From the IMG/VR virus record IMGVR_UViG_3300034158_000023, positions 1-64,000 of that record: a stretch of DNA of 64,000 nucleotides; one strand, 5' to 3'. The notes beneath the pieces are model-generated. The model saw only the letters and a program-made list of their open reading frames with translations. It was not told the origin of the DNA and did no database searches. The number at the start of each line of letters is the position of its first letter. Position 1 is the stretch's first letter. Made by a program: the position numbers and the translations under genes. Positions 1 to 7,638 of this stretch are shown in pieces.

Positions 1-104
1 TCATCGATGAGTTTGAAAACAATATGTCGGCTGAAGACAAATTGTTCTTTGTGGTACCACAGGATATCGTGGACTTTTTGACGGTTTGTAAAACTTACGT
101 CTAA
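1..104 (+). CDS. 3' end of a hypothetical protein (truncated by window start)
   Basis: Open frame from nt 3 (IDEFENNMSAEDKLFFVVPQDIVDFLTVCKTYV) to TAA 102-104, followed directly by a terminator. Confidence 0.7.
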   Translation, partial: IDEFENNMSAEDKLFFVVPQDIVDFLTVCKTYV

Positions 105-127
105 GCCCTTCGGGGCTTTTTTTTTTT
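103..127 (+). terminator. intrinsic terminator
   Basis: AAGCCC-TTCG-GGGCTT followed by a long T run. Confidence 0.9.
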
Positions 128-154
128 GCGGTCTTGTGCAACCTAATGAAGATA

Positions 155-162
155 TATATTAC
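155..162 (+). promoter_or_regulatory. phiKZ-type early (virion RNAP) promoter
   Basis: TATATTAC in a GATATATATTAC context, matching the phiKZ early promoter consensus; lies after a terminator and before an AATAAAAGGA leader. Confidence 0.75.
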
Positions 163-195
163 CTAAGTAGTAAACTACAATAAAAGGATTTCAAC

Positions 196-645
196 ATGGA
201 ACACGTCGATTCATTATTTTTACCTGCCGCTGCTGTACGGGAACTAGAGAAAATAAAGCAGAAACAACGAAACCACACCCTGTCGTATAATCAAAATTTA
301 CTACTGTTGTATTTGAGTGTGAATGACTATGGGTTTTTGGTACTACCCACAAAGTCATTTGCTCAGGTAGCAGAGAGACCTACCTGTGACCTTATCGATA
401 ATGTAACTCACAGGCATAATAAAGTCTTACAACTGATGCGTAACCTACTAAAAACGCAGGATGTTGACCGCACAGAGTTAGCCCAGATACTGTTATTAAC
501 TGGAGAAGCATTAATGACTTTGTTTTACGGCAAATGTGGAAGGTTACATTACCAGACTAGTTTGAGCGTTCTTCCTCCTGATCTTCGTGAGGTCGTTAGT
601 GCACTGGTAGCTGGTTGGATTACGTTAGTGGCCTCAATGGAATAA
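196..645 (+). CDS. hypothetical early protein; distant paralogue of 61288..61845 and 62234..62770
   Basis: AATAAAAGGA leader; LLLLYLSVNDYGFLVL..SFAQVAER resembles LLLLTLVDNGSLAF..GMQVVADKW. Confidence 0.75.
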   Translation: MEHVDSLFLPAAAVRELEKIKQKQRNHTLSYNQNLLLLYLSVNDYGFLVLPTKSFAQVAERPTCDLIDNVTHRHNKVLQLMRNLLKTQDVDRTELAQILLLTGEALMTLFYGKCGRLHYQTSLSVLPPDLREVVSALVAGWITLVASME

Positions 646-658
646 ACAAGGGGGAAGT

Positions 659-1207
659 ATGGAATTAACTGCAACTGCTAAAGAAGTACGTTCTAGAAAA
701 GAGGCTTGGAAAGCATACAAATCTTCAAAAGTAAAAAATGAAATTGACTTAACGGGGAAAAGAATATTAGGGTTTCGTAAATGTTGCACGCATGGCGGGT
801 ATGATCCGTATGTGCTAGAATACCTACACAATACTCGTCGTGTTAAAGTTAAAATGTTATTGACAGGTAAAGATAATTATCGAGAAATCTCAAAAAGTTT
901 AGGTAAGGGAACAAAAGGCACCATATATCGTGGAGCGATGTACTTTTTAGTTATGGATGGGGATGTTCTTTTGCAAGCTATACAGGAATGTACCGTTATC
1001 ACATATACTTACTGGGATAGCAAATTCGTTATACCAGGACTAGTTAAACTTTTTTACTCTTTAAGAGATCACCTTGCATCTGAAGATGTAGATGAAGAAT
1101 ATGTATTTGATCTACTTTTAAAAATAGCTAACCTAACCACAGATGAACTTTACTGGTTAGCTAAAACTAAATACCCATGGGTGTTTAAGGAGGAAGAACA
1201 GTTATAA
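659..1207 (+). CDS. hypothetical protein
   Basis: 182-aa ORF, AAGGGGG RBS, same operon as 196..645. Confidence 0.75.
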   Translation: MELTATAKEVRSRKEAWKAYKSSKVKNEIDLTGKRILGFRKCCTHGGYDPYVLEYLHNTRRVKVKMLLTGKDNYREISKSLGKGTKGTIYRGAMYFLVMDGDVLLQAIQECTVITYTYWDSKFVIPGLVKLFYSLRDHLASEDVDEEYVFDLLLKIANLTTDELYWLAKTKYPWVFKEEEQL

Positions 1208-1254
1208 ATTATTCATACGTAGTATGTAATGAATTCATTTATAGGACATCTGCC

Positions 1255-1992
1255 ATGTTCATGCCAAAACAAGTAAACGATATTCCGCCTAAGGCGCGAA
1301 TATTGATAGTAGGAGGACCACCTTTTGCAGAGTTAAATCTAATCGCTAGAAATCTTAGCAGCTTAATGAATGCTCATTTGTGTACCACGTTGTATGTGGG
1401 TTCTTTAACCTCATTAACTGAATACGATGCCCATGGTATCTTTCAAGGTGAAGTTATTGTAATAGCTTATGCGCATGAGTATAAATACCAGTCTACTGAA
1501 GCTAGGGAGTTTGATTTAGTTTTTTACATCAACCAACCGAATTTAGGTTTAACCGAGAACGTGTCTACTGAGGAACTTCATGAGCATCTAAGTGTGCACA
1601 TTTACTATCTAACACTTCAGTCGATTATGCCTGGAGTACATGTGGTGAATAACACACAACGTTCTATAAGTACTGTGGTAGATAAAATCTTAGACAAAGT
1701 TACAATAGAGTGGCCAACCATTATGCAAAAGGAATCTACTGTAGAAGAGTACCAAGAACGTCATAAGACCAACAGTGTGTTAGTGGGTACCATAGGTCAT
1801 GTTAGAACCCCTAGTGGGTTTAACAACATGGTTATCTATGAAGCTATTGCCAGACTTAATGAAAGGCAACCTGAGGTTGAACCACCTCCACCTGCTGAAC
1901 CACCTAAGCGCGCTGGCACTAATCGCAATGCTCCATGCTACTGCGGTAGCGGTCTCAAGTATAAAAAGTGTTGTTTAAATAATAAAGGGTGA
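1255..1992 (+). CDS. SEC-C motif protein with a degenerate NMP-kinase-like N-terminal region
   Basis: C-terminal RNAPCYCGSGLKYKKCC is a SecA-type metal-binding motif; N-terminal RILIVGGPP..FDLVFYIN resembles the kinase fold but lacks GK[ST]. Confidence 0.85.
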   Translation: MFMPKQVNDIPPKARILIVGGPPFAELNLIARNLSSLMNAHLCTTLYVGSLTSLTEYDAHGIFQGEVIVIAYAHEYKYQSTEAREFDLVFYINQPNLGLTENVSTEELHEHLSVHIYYLTLQSIMPGVHVVNNTQRSISTVVDKILDKVTIEWPTIMQKESTVEEYQERHKTNSVLVGTIGHVRTPSGFNNMVIYEAIARLNERQPEVEPPPPAEPPKRAGTNRNAPCYCGSGLKYKKCCLNNKG

Positions 1993-1995
1993 GGT

Positions 1996-2166
1996 ATGAT
2001 GACTAAGTATAGTAAAGAAGCAACTGCACTAAGTAGCCAATATACCCCACAACCAAAACCATATGTTGCATGGGAACCTCGCAAAGGTAAAATGCGTAAC
2101 ACGTCATGTGAATGTGGTAGTGGTCTCAAATACAAGAAATGTTGTCTCCATAAAAATAAAAGGTGA
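1996..2166 (+). CDS. 56-aa SEC-C microprotein (not in ORF track)
   Basis: Hand-translated MMTKYSKEATALSSQYTPQPKPYVAWEPRKGKMRNTSCECGSGLKYKKCCLHKNKR; GGTGAGG RBS overlaps the previous stop. Confidence 0.85.
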   Translation: MMTKYSKEATALSSQYTPQPKPYVAWEPRKGKMRNTSCECGSGLKYKKCCLHKNKR

Positions 2167-2172
2167 TTTGCG

Positions 2173-2334
2173 ATGGTAAAACTTAAAAAGCGTAAACTGT
2201 CTAGACAAAATAACAGTCTGTGGGAAACCCCTAATCGTCCGCATCACGCGATGTATCCAGGTGAGGGGACTATTAGGAACAAACCTTGTCGTTGCGGCAG
2301 TGGACTTAAGTACAAGAAATGCTGTTTAGTCTAA
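2173..2334 (+). CDS. 53-aa SEC-C microprotein (not in ORF track)
   Basis: Hand-translated MVKLKKRKLSRQNNSLWETPNRPHHAMYPGEGTIRNKPCRCGSGLKYKKCCLV; AAGGTG RBS; fills the gap to tmk exactly. Confidence 0.85.
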   Translation: MVKLKKRKLSRQNNSLWETPNRPHHAMYPGEGTIRNKPCRCGSGLKYKKCCLV

Positions 2335-2344
2335 GGAGAGGACA

Positions 2345-2953
2345 ATGGGACAAATTGCTATTGTCGATGGAGCTGACTATGTAGGTAAAAGTACTACGCT
2401 GGCAGCATTGGCTAAGATTTTAACAGACGCTGGTTATACTGTACACATATACAGAGAACCAGGCGGTCACCCATTTGCTGAAACTATTCGGGAATTGCTT
2501 TTTGATACCGCTGGTCTTAAGCAAGCAAAAAAGTACAAAGCGCTGCTCTTTTATGCGAGTCGGGATATTACCTTAAGAGAAAGCGTTCTGCCGTTATTGA
2601 AAGACGACAATACGATTGTACTGTACGACAGGTTCAATTTAACGTCACTCGTGTATCAAGGGTTGTTAGCCGACGACCTAAAGTACGTTCTCGCTCTAGA
2701 CGAGTTAGTAGTAGGGGACGTTTTTGCTGACATCAAGGTATCTAAGTTTTTACTGACGATTACCCCAGATGAAATGAAACGTCGTCTGGCTTGTAGTCGT
2801 GAGGGTAACTCTTATGACCCTAGTGATGCAGAAGAAGCTATGCGACGTCAGCAAGGGTTTAAAGTTATGGGTAGTACTAGAGGTTACATCGAAATAGATA
2901 ACACCATGGGTGGTGCTACTAAAGCTATATACGACCTATTGCAGGAGGGTTAG
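2345..2953 (+). CDS. tmk: thymidylate (dTMP) kinase
   Basis: P-loop DGADYVGKST, REPGG motif and DRF..TS..YQG motif. Confidence 0.93.
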   Translation: MGQIAIVDGADYVGKSTTLAALAKILTDAGYTVHIYREPGGHPFAETIRELLFDTAGLKQAKKYKALLFYASRDITLRESVLPLLKDDNTIVLYDRFNLTSLVYQGLLADDLKYVLALDELVVGDVFADIKVSKFLLTITPDEMKRRLACSREGNSYDPSDAEEAMRRQQGFKVMGSTRGYIEIDNTMGGATKAIYDLLQEG

Positions 2954-2954
2954 T

Positions 2955-3512
2955 ATGATTGTTCCAACGGTTATATTTGTCCCTTCTGTTATGTGCTCAG
3001 AAGTAGTAGATGCTGAAATCTTTGCTGGTGCTACATATGGGCCGAAAGCTAATGCCGTATCAATTACACCGTATGGGGCTATAGGACCTACTGAAACTGT
3101 GATGATGCTCAGAGAAGCTTTAAAAACTTCTCGTTTTGTTTTCTGTAGTTGGTCTGTGTTATCTGACATGGAAACTACTAACAGAAAAATCTTTATTATG
3201 GACTTAGCGTTAGATTGCTTAGTGATAGAGATTAAAGAGCATCAGCGTGTAAGGTTTGCTGGAAGAAAGGATAGTGTTCCTAGGGCAATGATACAAAAGC
3301 TTAAAGAACTTTATGAGATTCAACCTGCTGTTAAACTACCTCCGGACGTTAAACGTGATTACATTAACGTGTGGTCTGGGTGGACAGATAAGCAAAACAA
3401 TGCCGCTGCAACTGCACCTTCTGATATCATTGACCTGATACCTCAGAAGCCAGTTACTCCAGTTACCATTATTATAAAAGACAGTCTAAAGGCTAAACTA
3501 GCTAGACTTTAA
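2955..3512 (+). CDS. hypothetical protein, possibly a degenerate kinase-like fold
   Basis: Start reassigned to ATG 2955 behind GGAGG; lid-like RFAGRKDSVPRAMIQK; no intact P-loop. Confidence 0.7.
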   Translation: MIVPTVIFVPSVMCSEVVDAEIFAGATYGPKANAVSITPYGAIGPTETVMMLREALKTSRFVFCSWSVLSDMETTNRKIFIMDLALDCLVIEIKEHQRVRFAGRKDSVPRAMIQKLKELYEIQPAVKLPPDVKRDYINVWSGWTDKQNNAAATAPSDIIDLIPQKPVTPVTIIIKDSLKAKLARL

Positions 3513-3548
3513 GTAACATGGTGTGATTTACTCACGAGGATTCACGCC

Positions 3549-4097
3549 ATGAAAGTTAGACAGCTATTAGAATTAATCAATGTTCAACCATTATCTATAG
3601 TTAAACCAGAAGGACAACAAGTGCTGGAGCTTATTAACAAATATAGCCCTAACACTTATGACATTGTTCATTTCACTGGGTCATCTGCCTTAGAGATGAT
3701 ATCCGACTTACCACCCACAGAAGCCAACTTGATATTGGAGACAGAACTCAATGATGGATTAGATTTAACGAGTTACAGGAAAGAGTTACAGAATGTTGTA
3801 GATGGTTCTAAGTCTGGACTATCTAGAAGTATCGTTGTAGCTATTATGACGTTCTTGGTATTTGCTAGTTCCATTACCTACATCCTCTGTATGGCATACG
3901 TAAGTTACCATATGAAAACGTTACCTGGATGGACAGAGATAGCTCTACCCTTCGGTGTACCAGGTATGGTTATATGGAAATACTTCGGTATCATTAACAA
4001 AGAAAGAACTGAGCTCTTGATGGCAGCTATAGGAAGAACACCTCCTACTCCAGTAAGTGTTTTCTCTGAGGTTTCTAGGAGAGTCAGGAACGACTAA
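3549..4097 (+). CDS. membrane protein with two C-terminal TM segments
   Basis: Hydrophobic IVVAIMTFLVFASSITYILCMAYV and IALPFGVPGMVIWKYFG; GAGGA RBS. Confidence 0.75.
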   Translation: MKVRQLLELINVQPLSIVKPEGQQVLELINKYSPNTYDIVHFTGSSALEMISDLPPTEANLILETELNDGLDLTSYRKELQNVVDGSKSGLSRSIVVAIMTFLVFASSITYILCMAYVSYHMKTLPGWTEIALPFGVPGMVIWKYFGIINKERTELLMAAIGRTPPTPVSVFSEVSRRVRND

Positions 4098-4116
4098 TTC
4101 GAAATACCCCAAGATA

Positions 4117-4124
4117 TATATCAC
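4117..4124 (+). promoter_or_regulatory. early promoter variant TATATCAC
   Basis: Intergenic GATATATATCAC, followed by a 10-bp hairpin (4128-4153) and a TAAAAGGA leader. Confidence 0.65.
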
Positions 4125-4175
4125 CCTTAGGATATAGACTTAACTATATCCTATTATTCTAAAAGGAAATGTTCA

Positions 4176-5048
4176 ATGGAAGCTTCACAAAACGTTCCAG
4201 TGTCTACACCACAAATCACTACCGCAATTCAAATCAATGGTAACCAGATGGTAGCATTTGGTACAGACATCGATTGGGCTGAGTCGATGTCACTCACCGT
4301 TGAATCGCCAGATGCTGCGCAATGTATTAAGCGTGTAAGCGAATGGTTAGGCGAACTAGAGATTTACCCTTGGGGCAATTTAGCAGATTACCAAGAGTAT
4401 GCTAACCAAACTCAAGCAGCTCTAACTGACCCACTGATTTATGCACAAATCCGTGAGTATGTTTTAAATGCTCACAGCCAAGCGTTTACGTATTTGCCAA
4501 TGAACATTGGTTACTTAACCGTGGCGTTCACTTTCCGCCGTGTAGACTTAACGTTTACATTGGAAGAAGAGTCTGAAGCTGACATTCAAAATCAGATTGC
4601 TAAGGTAGAAACTGAGTTTGACTTAGATGTGCGTGAGTCAGAGCGAGCTGCTCGTGAGCAAGCAGCGAAAGCAGCGGCCAAGGAGTTTGACTTCGTCGTT
4701 AATCTGCAAAGTACCAAAATGCCGTTCTTAGTATCTGACTTCATTAACGAGGACGGTGTCCTTGTAACCAACATGAAGAAACCTGAAATGCGTGGTGAGC
4801 TTAAACAGGCTACAGTAACCGAGTTGCTCTCGTTCCTGTTAACTGTAGGGACTACCATTACAGCCCCAGATGAAACTACTACTGCCGTAGCACTAGCACA
4901 ACACGCACAAGCGTTTACTCGCCTTAAAGAGCGTTTCTTTGCTCGTGTGCCAGGTGTAGGTACTACGTTCACTGAAAACTGTGAAATCGTAGAAGTTGAT
5001 GATGACCACGGCTTGTCTATTTCAATCCGTGTTACTTTAATCGACTAA
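4176..5048 (+). CDS. acidic hypothetical early protein
   Basis: 290-aa ORF with its own promoter, strong RBS and terminator. Confidence 0.85.
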   Translation: MEASQNVPVSTPQITTAIQINGNQMVAFGTDIDWAESMSLTVESPDAAQCIKRVSEWLGELEIYPWGNLADYQEYANQTQAALTDPLIYAQIREYVLNAHSQAFTYLPMNIGYLTVAFTFRRVDLTFTLEEESEADIQNQIAKVETEFDLDVRESERAAREQAAKAAAKEFDFVVNLQSTKMPFLVSDFINEDGVLVTNMKKPEMRGELKQATVTELLSFLLTVGTTITAPDETTTAVALAQHAQAFTRLKERFFARVPGVGTTFTENCEIVEVDDDHGLSISIRVTLID

Positions 5049-5061
5049 CTATTATGGTTTA

Positions 5062-5090
5062 TAGGGAGAGGGAAACCTCTCCCTAGTTTT
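5062..5090 (+). terminator. hairpin terminator
   Basis: TAGGGAGAGG-GAAA-CCTCTCCCTA-GTTTT. Confidence 0.8.
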
Positions 5091-5102
5091 GGGGATTGTG
5101 TC

Positions 5103-5363
5103 ATGCCATTAGAATTAGAATACTGGAAAAACATAGCTGCTCTCATATTTGCTTCTTATGAGAACGTAGACTGGGATTTAATAGGGGAAGACATTAAAGT
5201 AGCTAAAAGTATGCATGAACCTTATGCAGCTGCTGAACTAGTAGTGTGGGGATTTGCTGATAAGTCTTATACCGCTAAGGTGGATAAACAGGTAATCCGT
5301 GCTAGACTTTTACATATTCAACTCAATAGTGGTTTGTTTAAAATGGTTCCACTCTCGCTCTGA
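5103..5363 (+). CDS. hypothetical protein
   Basis: 86-aa ORF with GGGGA RBS. Confidence 0.65.
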   Translation: MPLELEYWKNIAALIFASYENVDWDLIGEDIKVAKSMHEPYAAAELVVWGFADKSYTAKVDKQVIRARLLHIQLNSGLFKMVPLSL

Positions 5364-5392
5364 CATTTACCTATAATAAAAGGAATACCGAT

Positions 5393-6094
5393 ATGCGCAA
5401 GTTAAAAGATTTCTTACACATAAAACAAATGCCTTTACTGCTAGGCTTCATTGGGTACATAGTACTCTTGCATTTTATTTTCCAGAATACCTTTAACGCA
5501 GGTTACATCCTCTTCACTATCCTAGGGATGGTTGCAGTTCTTGTTATTGCAGTAGCGCAGCTCTTACCTCATGAGTTTGGCGCTGTGTGGGTTAAGGTAT
5601 CCCTATCTCGCAAACAGCTGTTAGATATCCGTAACCAAGGACATGCGGTTCCAGGGATTAACATAGTTGGACACTTTAGAAACAGTACTGAATTCTATAA
5701 CTTCTGTTACAGTCCACTAGATCAGTACACCGACGTTTACGTAAAAGTGCCAGTCTATAATTATTGTTTTGCCAGATTCGATTACGGAGTTACTGGGATT
5801 TTCTTATGGGACGTGGAAGTTAAGAAAATGATTATGGATGCTTTACGATTAGCGTTACGTAATGAGGAACCAGATCCAGAAAACCGTATTGATGTAATGG
5901 TATCACCTACCTCTTTAGAACTAGTTAAAAGCTACCCTATTGAAGTAGTGTATTGTAAAGTACCCGAAGACTACTACGGGTGGCGACAAAGCGCTCTGCG
6001 CATTATATTCACCATAGCTGCACAGATACCTATCTGGAGCTTTGCTGATATTTGGGACATGTGTAAAGAAAAAGTTGGATCATGGATAAAATAA
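5393..6094 (+). CDS. membrane protein with two N-terminal TM helices
   Basis: LLLGFIGYIVLLHFIF and YILFTILGMVAVLVIAVA; AATAAAAGGA leader. Confidence 0.8.
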   Translation: MRKLKDFLHIKQMPLLLGFIGYIVLLHFIFQNTFNAGYILFTILGMVAVLVIAVAQLLPHEFGAVWVKVSLSRKQLLDIRNQGHAVPGINIVGHFRNSTEFYNFCYSPLDQYTDVYVKVPVYNYCFARFDYGVTGIFLWDVEVKKMIMDALRLALRNEEPDPENRIDVMVSPTSLELVKSYPIEVVYCKVPEDYYGWRQSALRIIFTIAAQIPIWSFADIWDMCKEKVGSWIK

Positions 6095-6099
6095 TTTAG

Positions 6100-6132
6100 T
6101 TAGGGAGAGGTTGACTCTCCCTAATATGCCGT
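6100..6132 (+). terminator. hairpin followed by TATGCCGT
   Basis: TTAGGGAGAG/CTCTCCCTAA stem, then TATGCCGT at 6125-6132; no U-tract. Confidence 0.7.
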
Positions 6133-6160
6133 TTACCTATTAAAATAAAAGGATTCTGTA

Positions 6161-7000
6161 ATGGAACTTACTAAAATGATTTCTGATGATTATGCAGCAA
6201 CAGTAGTAGCACTTAACCAAGTGTCTAAGCATGCTACTTGTATTGAAAGAGCAATTTCTTTATATGTGGCAAAACCTTGGTTAGCCCCATTTGCTAAGTT
6301 AGATATGCCTACCATGCTGCATTTAGCTAAGGAATATTTAGTACACTGCACGATGATGAACTCAGTGTCTACAGCTAAAGCTACTGGGGATTGGTCTGAG
6401 GTTACCTATGAGGGTTACGCGTGGCTAGTAAAAACCTTTGATGAGTATTATCGCTACTCAGAGGACTCTACAGTTTACCGTAATGGCGAACTTACGGAAA
6501 TGGGGATTAGAGCCTGTAGGCTAGCTCATCCTGAATATGTGGAACTGGCTAAGGTTAAGTCGCTAGACGAGATTATCACACCTAACCCTGTTGGGGATTT
6601 CTGGAAAGCGTTAGAAGTTGCTATGCCTACTGATATCTGGTCTATGTTATTTGATCTACCTGTCCATCAGGTTGATGCAGTGTTAGAGTTGCGTTTAACT
6701 TTAGATGCGTTTGATGCAAGTACTAAGCAGCTTAAAACTCGTGCTAAGGTGCGATTCATTCACACTAAAAACACCAATAACAAAACCCCAGTGTTAGCAC
6801 TATCTGCACAACAAAAACGTTGGGTTGAAATTATACTCAGCCACCTTGATGTAATCAATACTTTACCTGACCGAGTCACCTGTCAGTTAAAGCACATTGG
6901 TTTATCTACAGTAGATGTCCCTGAAGGTGGTTCGTTCATCAAGAAAAGTGCATTAACTTGGGTTCGTAACTACGATACAGCTTGGGCGTTGATTCTGTAA
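6161..7000 (+). CDS. hypothetical protein
   Basis: 279-aa ORF with AATAAAAGGA leader. Confidence 0.8.
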   Translation: MELTKMISDDYAATVVALNQVSKHATCIERAISLYVAKPWLAPFAKLDMPTMLHLAKEYLVHCTMMNSVSTAKATGDWSEVTYEGYAWLVKTFDEYYRYSEDSTVYRNGELTEMGIRACRLAHPEYVELAKVKSLDEIITPNPVGDFWKALEVAMPTDIWSMLFDLPVHQVDAVLELRLTLDAFDASTKQLKTRAKVRFIHTKNTNNKTPVLALSAQQKRWVEIILSHLDVINTLPDRVTCQLKHIGLSTVDVPEGGSFIKKSALTWVRNYDTAWALIL

Positions 7001-7004
7001 CTTA

Positions 7005-7039
7005 ACGGCATAAGGAGGGAGCTAATGCTCCCTCCTTTT
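7005..7039. terminator. bidirectional terminator with ACGGCATA flank
   Basis: ACGGCATA + AAGGAGGGAGC-TAAT-GCTCCCTCCTT between convergent genes. Confidence 0.85.
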
Positions 7040-7638
7040 CACCGCTTTTCTAAAGCACTTATTTTTTTGTTAAGTTCTACTAGGTTAGTGTAGTACTTAG
7101 CAGATACAGCTTGACATGCAGTTAACTGTAGAACTACTTCGTCTGCTCTATCGGCTTCGGTGATAAGAAATCCAGCAGCCGCGTCCGAAAGTTCTGCTCT
7201 CTCGGTATCATCACTGAGGCCGGAGGTGGTGGCACTACCATTGGAGTCAGTATCACAACTGGTTCTAACTTTGGCTCGCTTGAGGTCGATTGACAACCGC
7301 TTATTAGCAGCAGCATACTCAGCAATAATAGCTTCAGGTTTCTTCTTCCCATCTTGTAACCCCTTTTGGTAACTTTCATCTATATGGTTAAATGCTACAT
7401 TCAGTTGATCAGCAAAATCATTAGTCAGCTTAGTAACCTCTTGTTGCAACTTCAGGTTCTTTTCCAAGTTAACTGTCTTTTCGTTTTCCAGCGCAGTTAT
7501 GATCGGTGATAACTCCATGTACTTTTCTAAGTTACCGAACGTCTTACCTAAATTATAAGCACTTGCGACCATTGCCGCAACCGCTAAGCAAATGAATATG
7601 GTCAACCAGTTGTCTTTTAAAAACTTAAGGAGTATCAT
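7039..7638 (-). CDS. Rz: i-spanin (Rz-like)
   Basis: N-terminal TM, coiled coil, C-terminal RAELS..AA.FL...A..AD....QL.ACQ typical of Rz-like proteins; start reassigned to ATG 7638 behind GAGG; contains an embedded lipoprotein gene. Confidence 0.88.
   Translation of the reverse strand: MILLKFLKDNWLTIFICLAVAAMVASAYNLGKTFGNLEKYMELSPIITALENEKTVNLEKNLKLQQEVTKLTNDFADQLNVAFNHIDESYQKGLQDGKKKPEAIIAEYAAANKRLSIDLKRAKVRTSCDTDSNGSATTSGLSDDTERAELSDAAAGFLITEADRADEVVLQLTACQAVSAKYYTNLVELNKKISALEKR
7134..7352 (-). CDS. Rz1: o-spanin lipoprotein (Rz1-like), embedded in Rz
   Basis: MGRRNLKLLLLSMLLLISG|C lipobox, Pro-rich mature part, alternative frame inside the i-spanin, AAAAGGGG RBS before ATG 7352. Confidence 0.88.
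   Translation of the reverse strand: MGRRNLKLLLLSMLLLISGCQSTSSEPKLEPVVILTPMVVPPPPASVMIPREQNFRTRLLDFLSPKPIEQTK

Noticed and set aside
634-2135. Minus-strand ORFs 634..831 and 1938..2135 (repeated YLRPLP)
   Set aside because: Shadow frames; the YLRPLP repeat is just the reverse complement of the SEC-C codons on the plus strand
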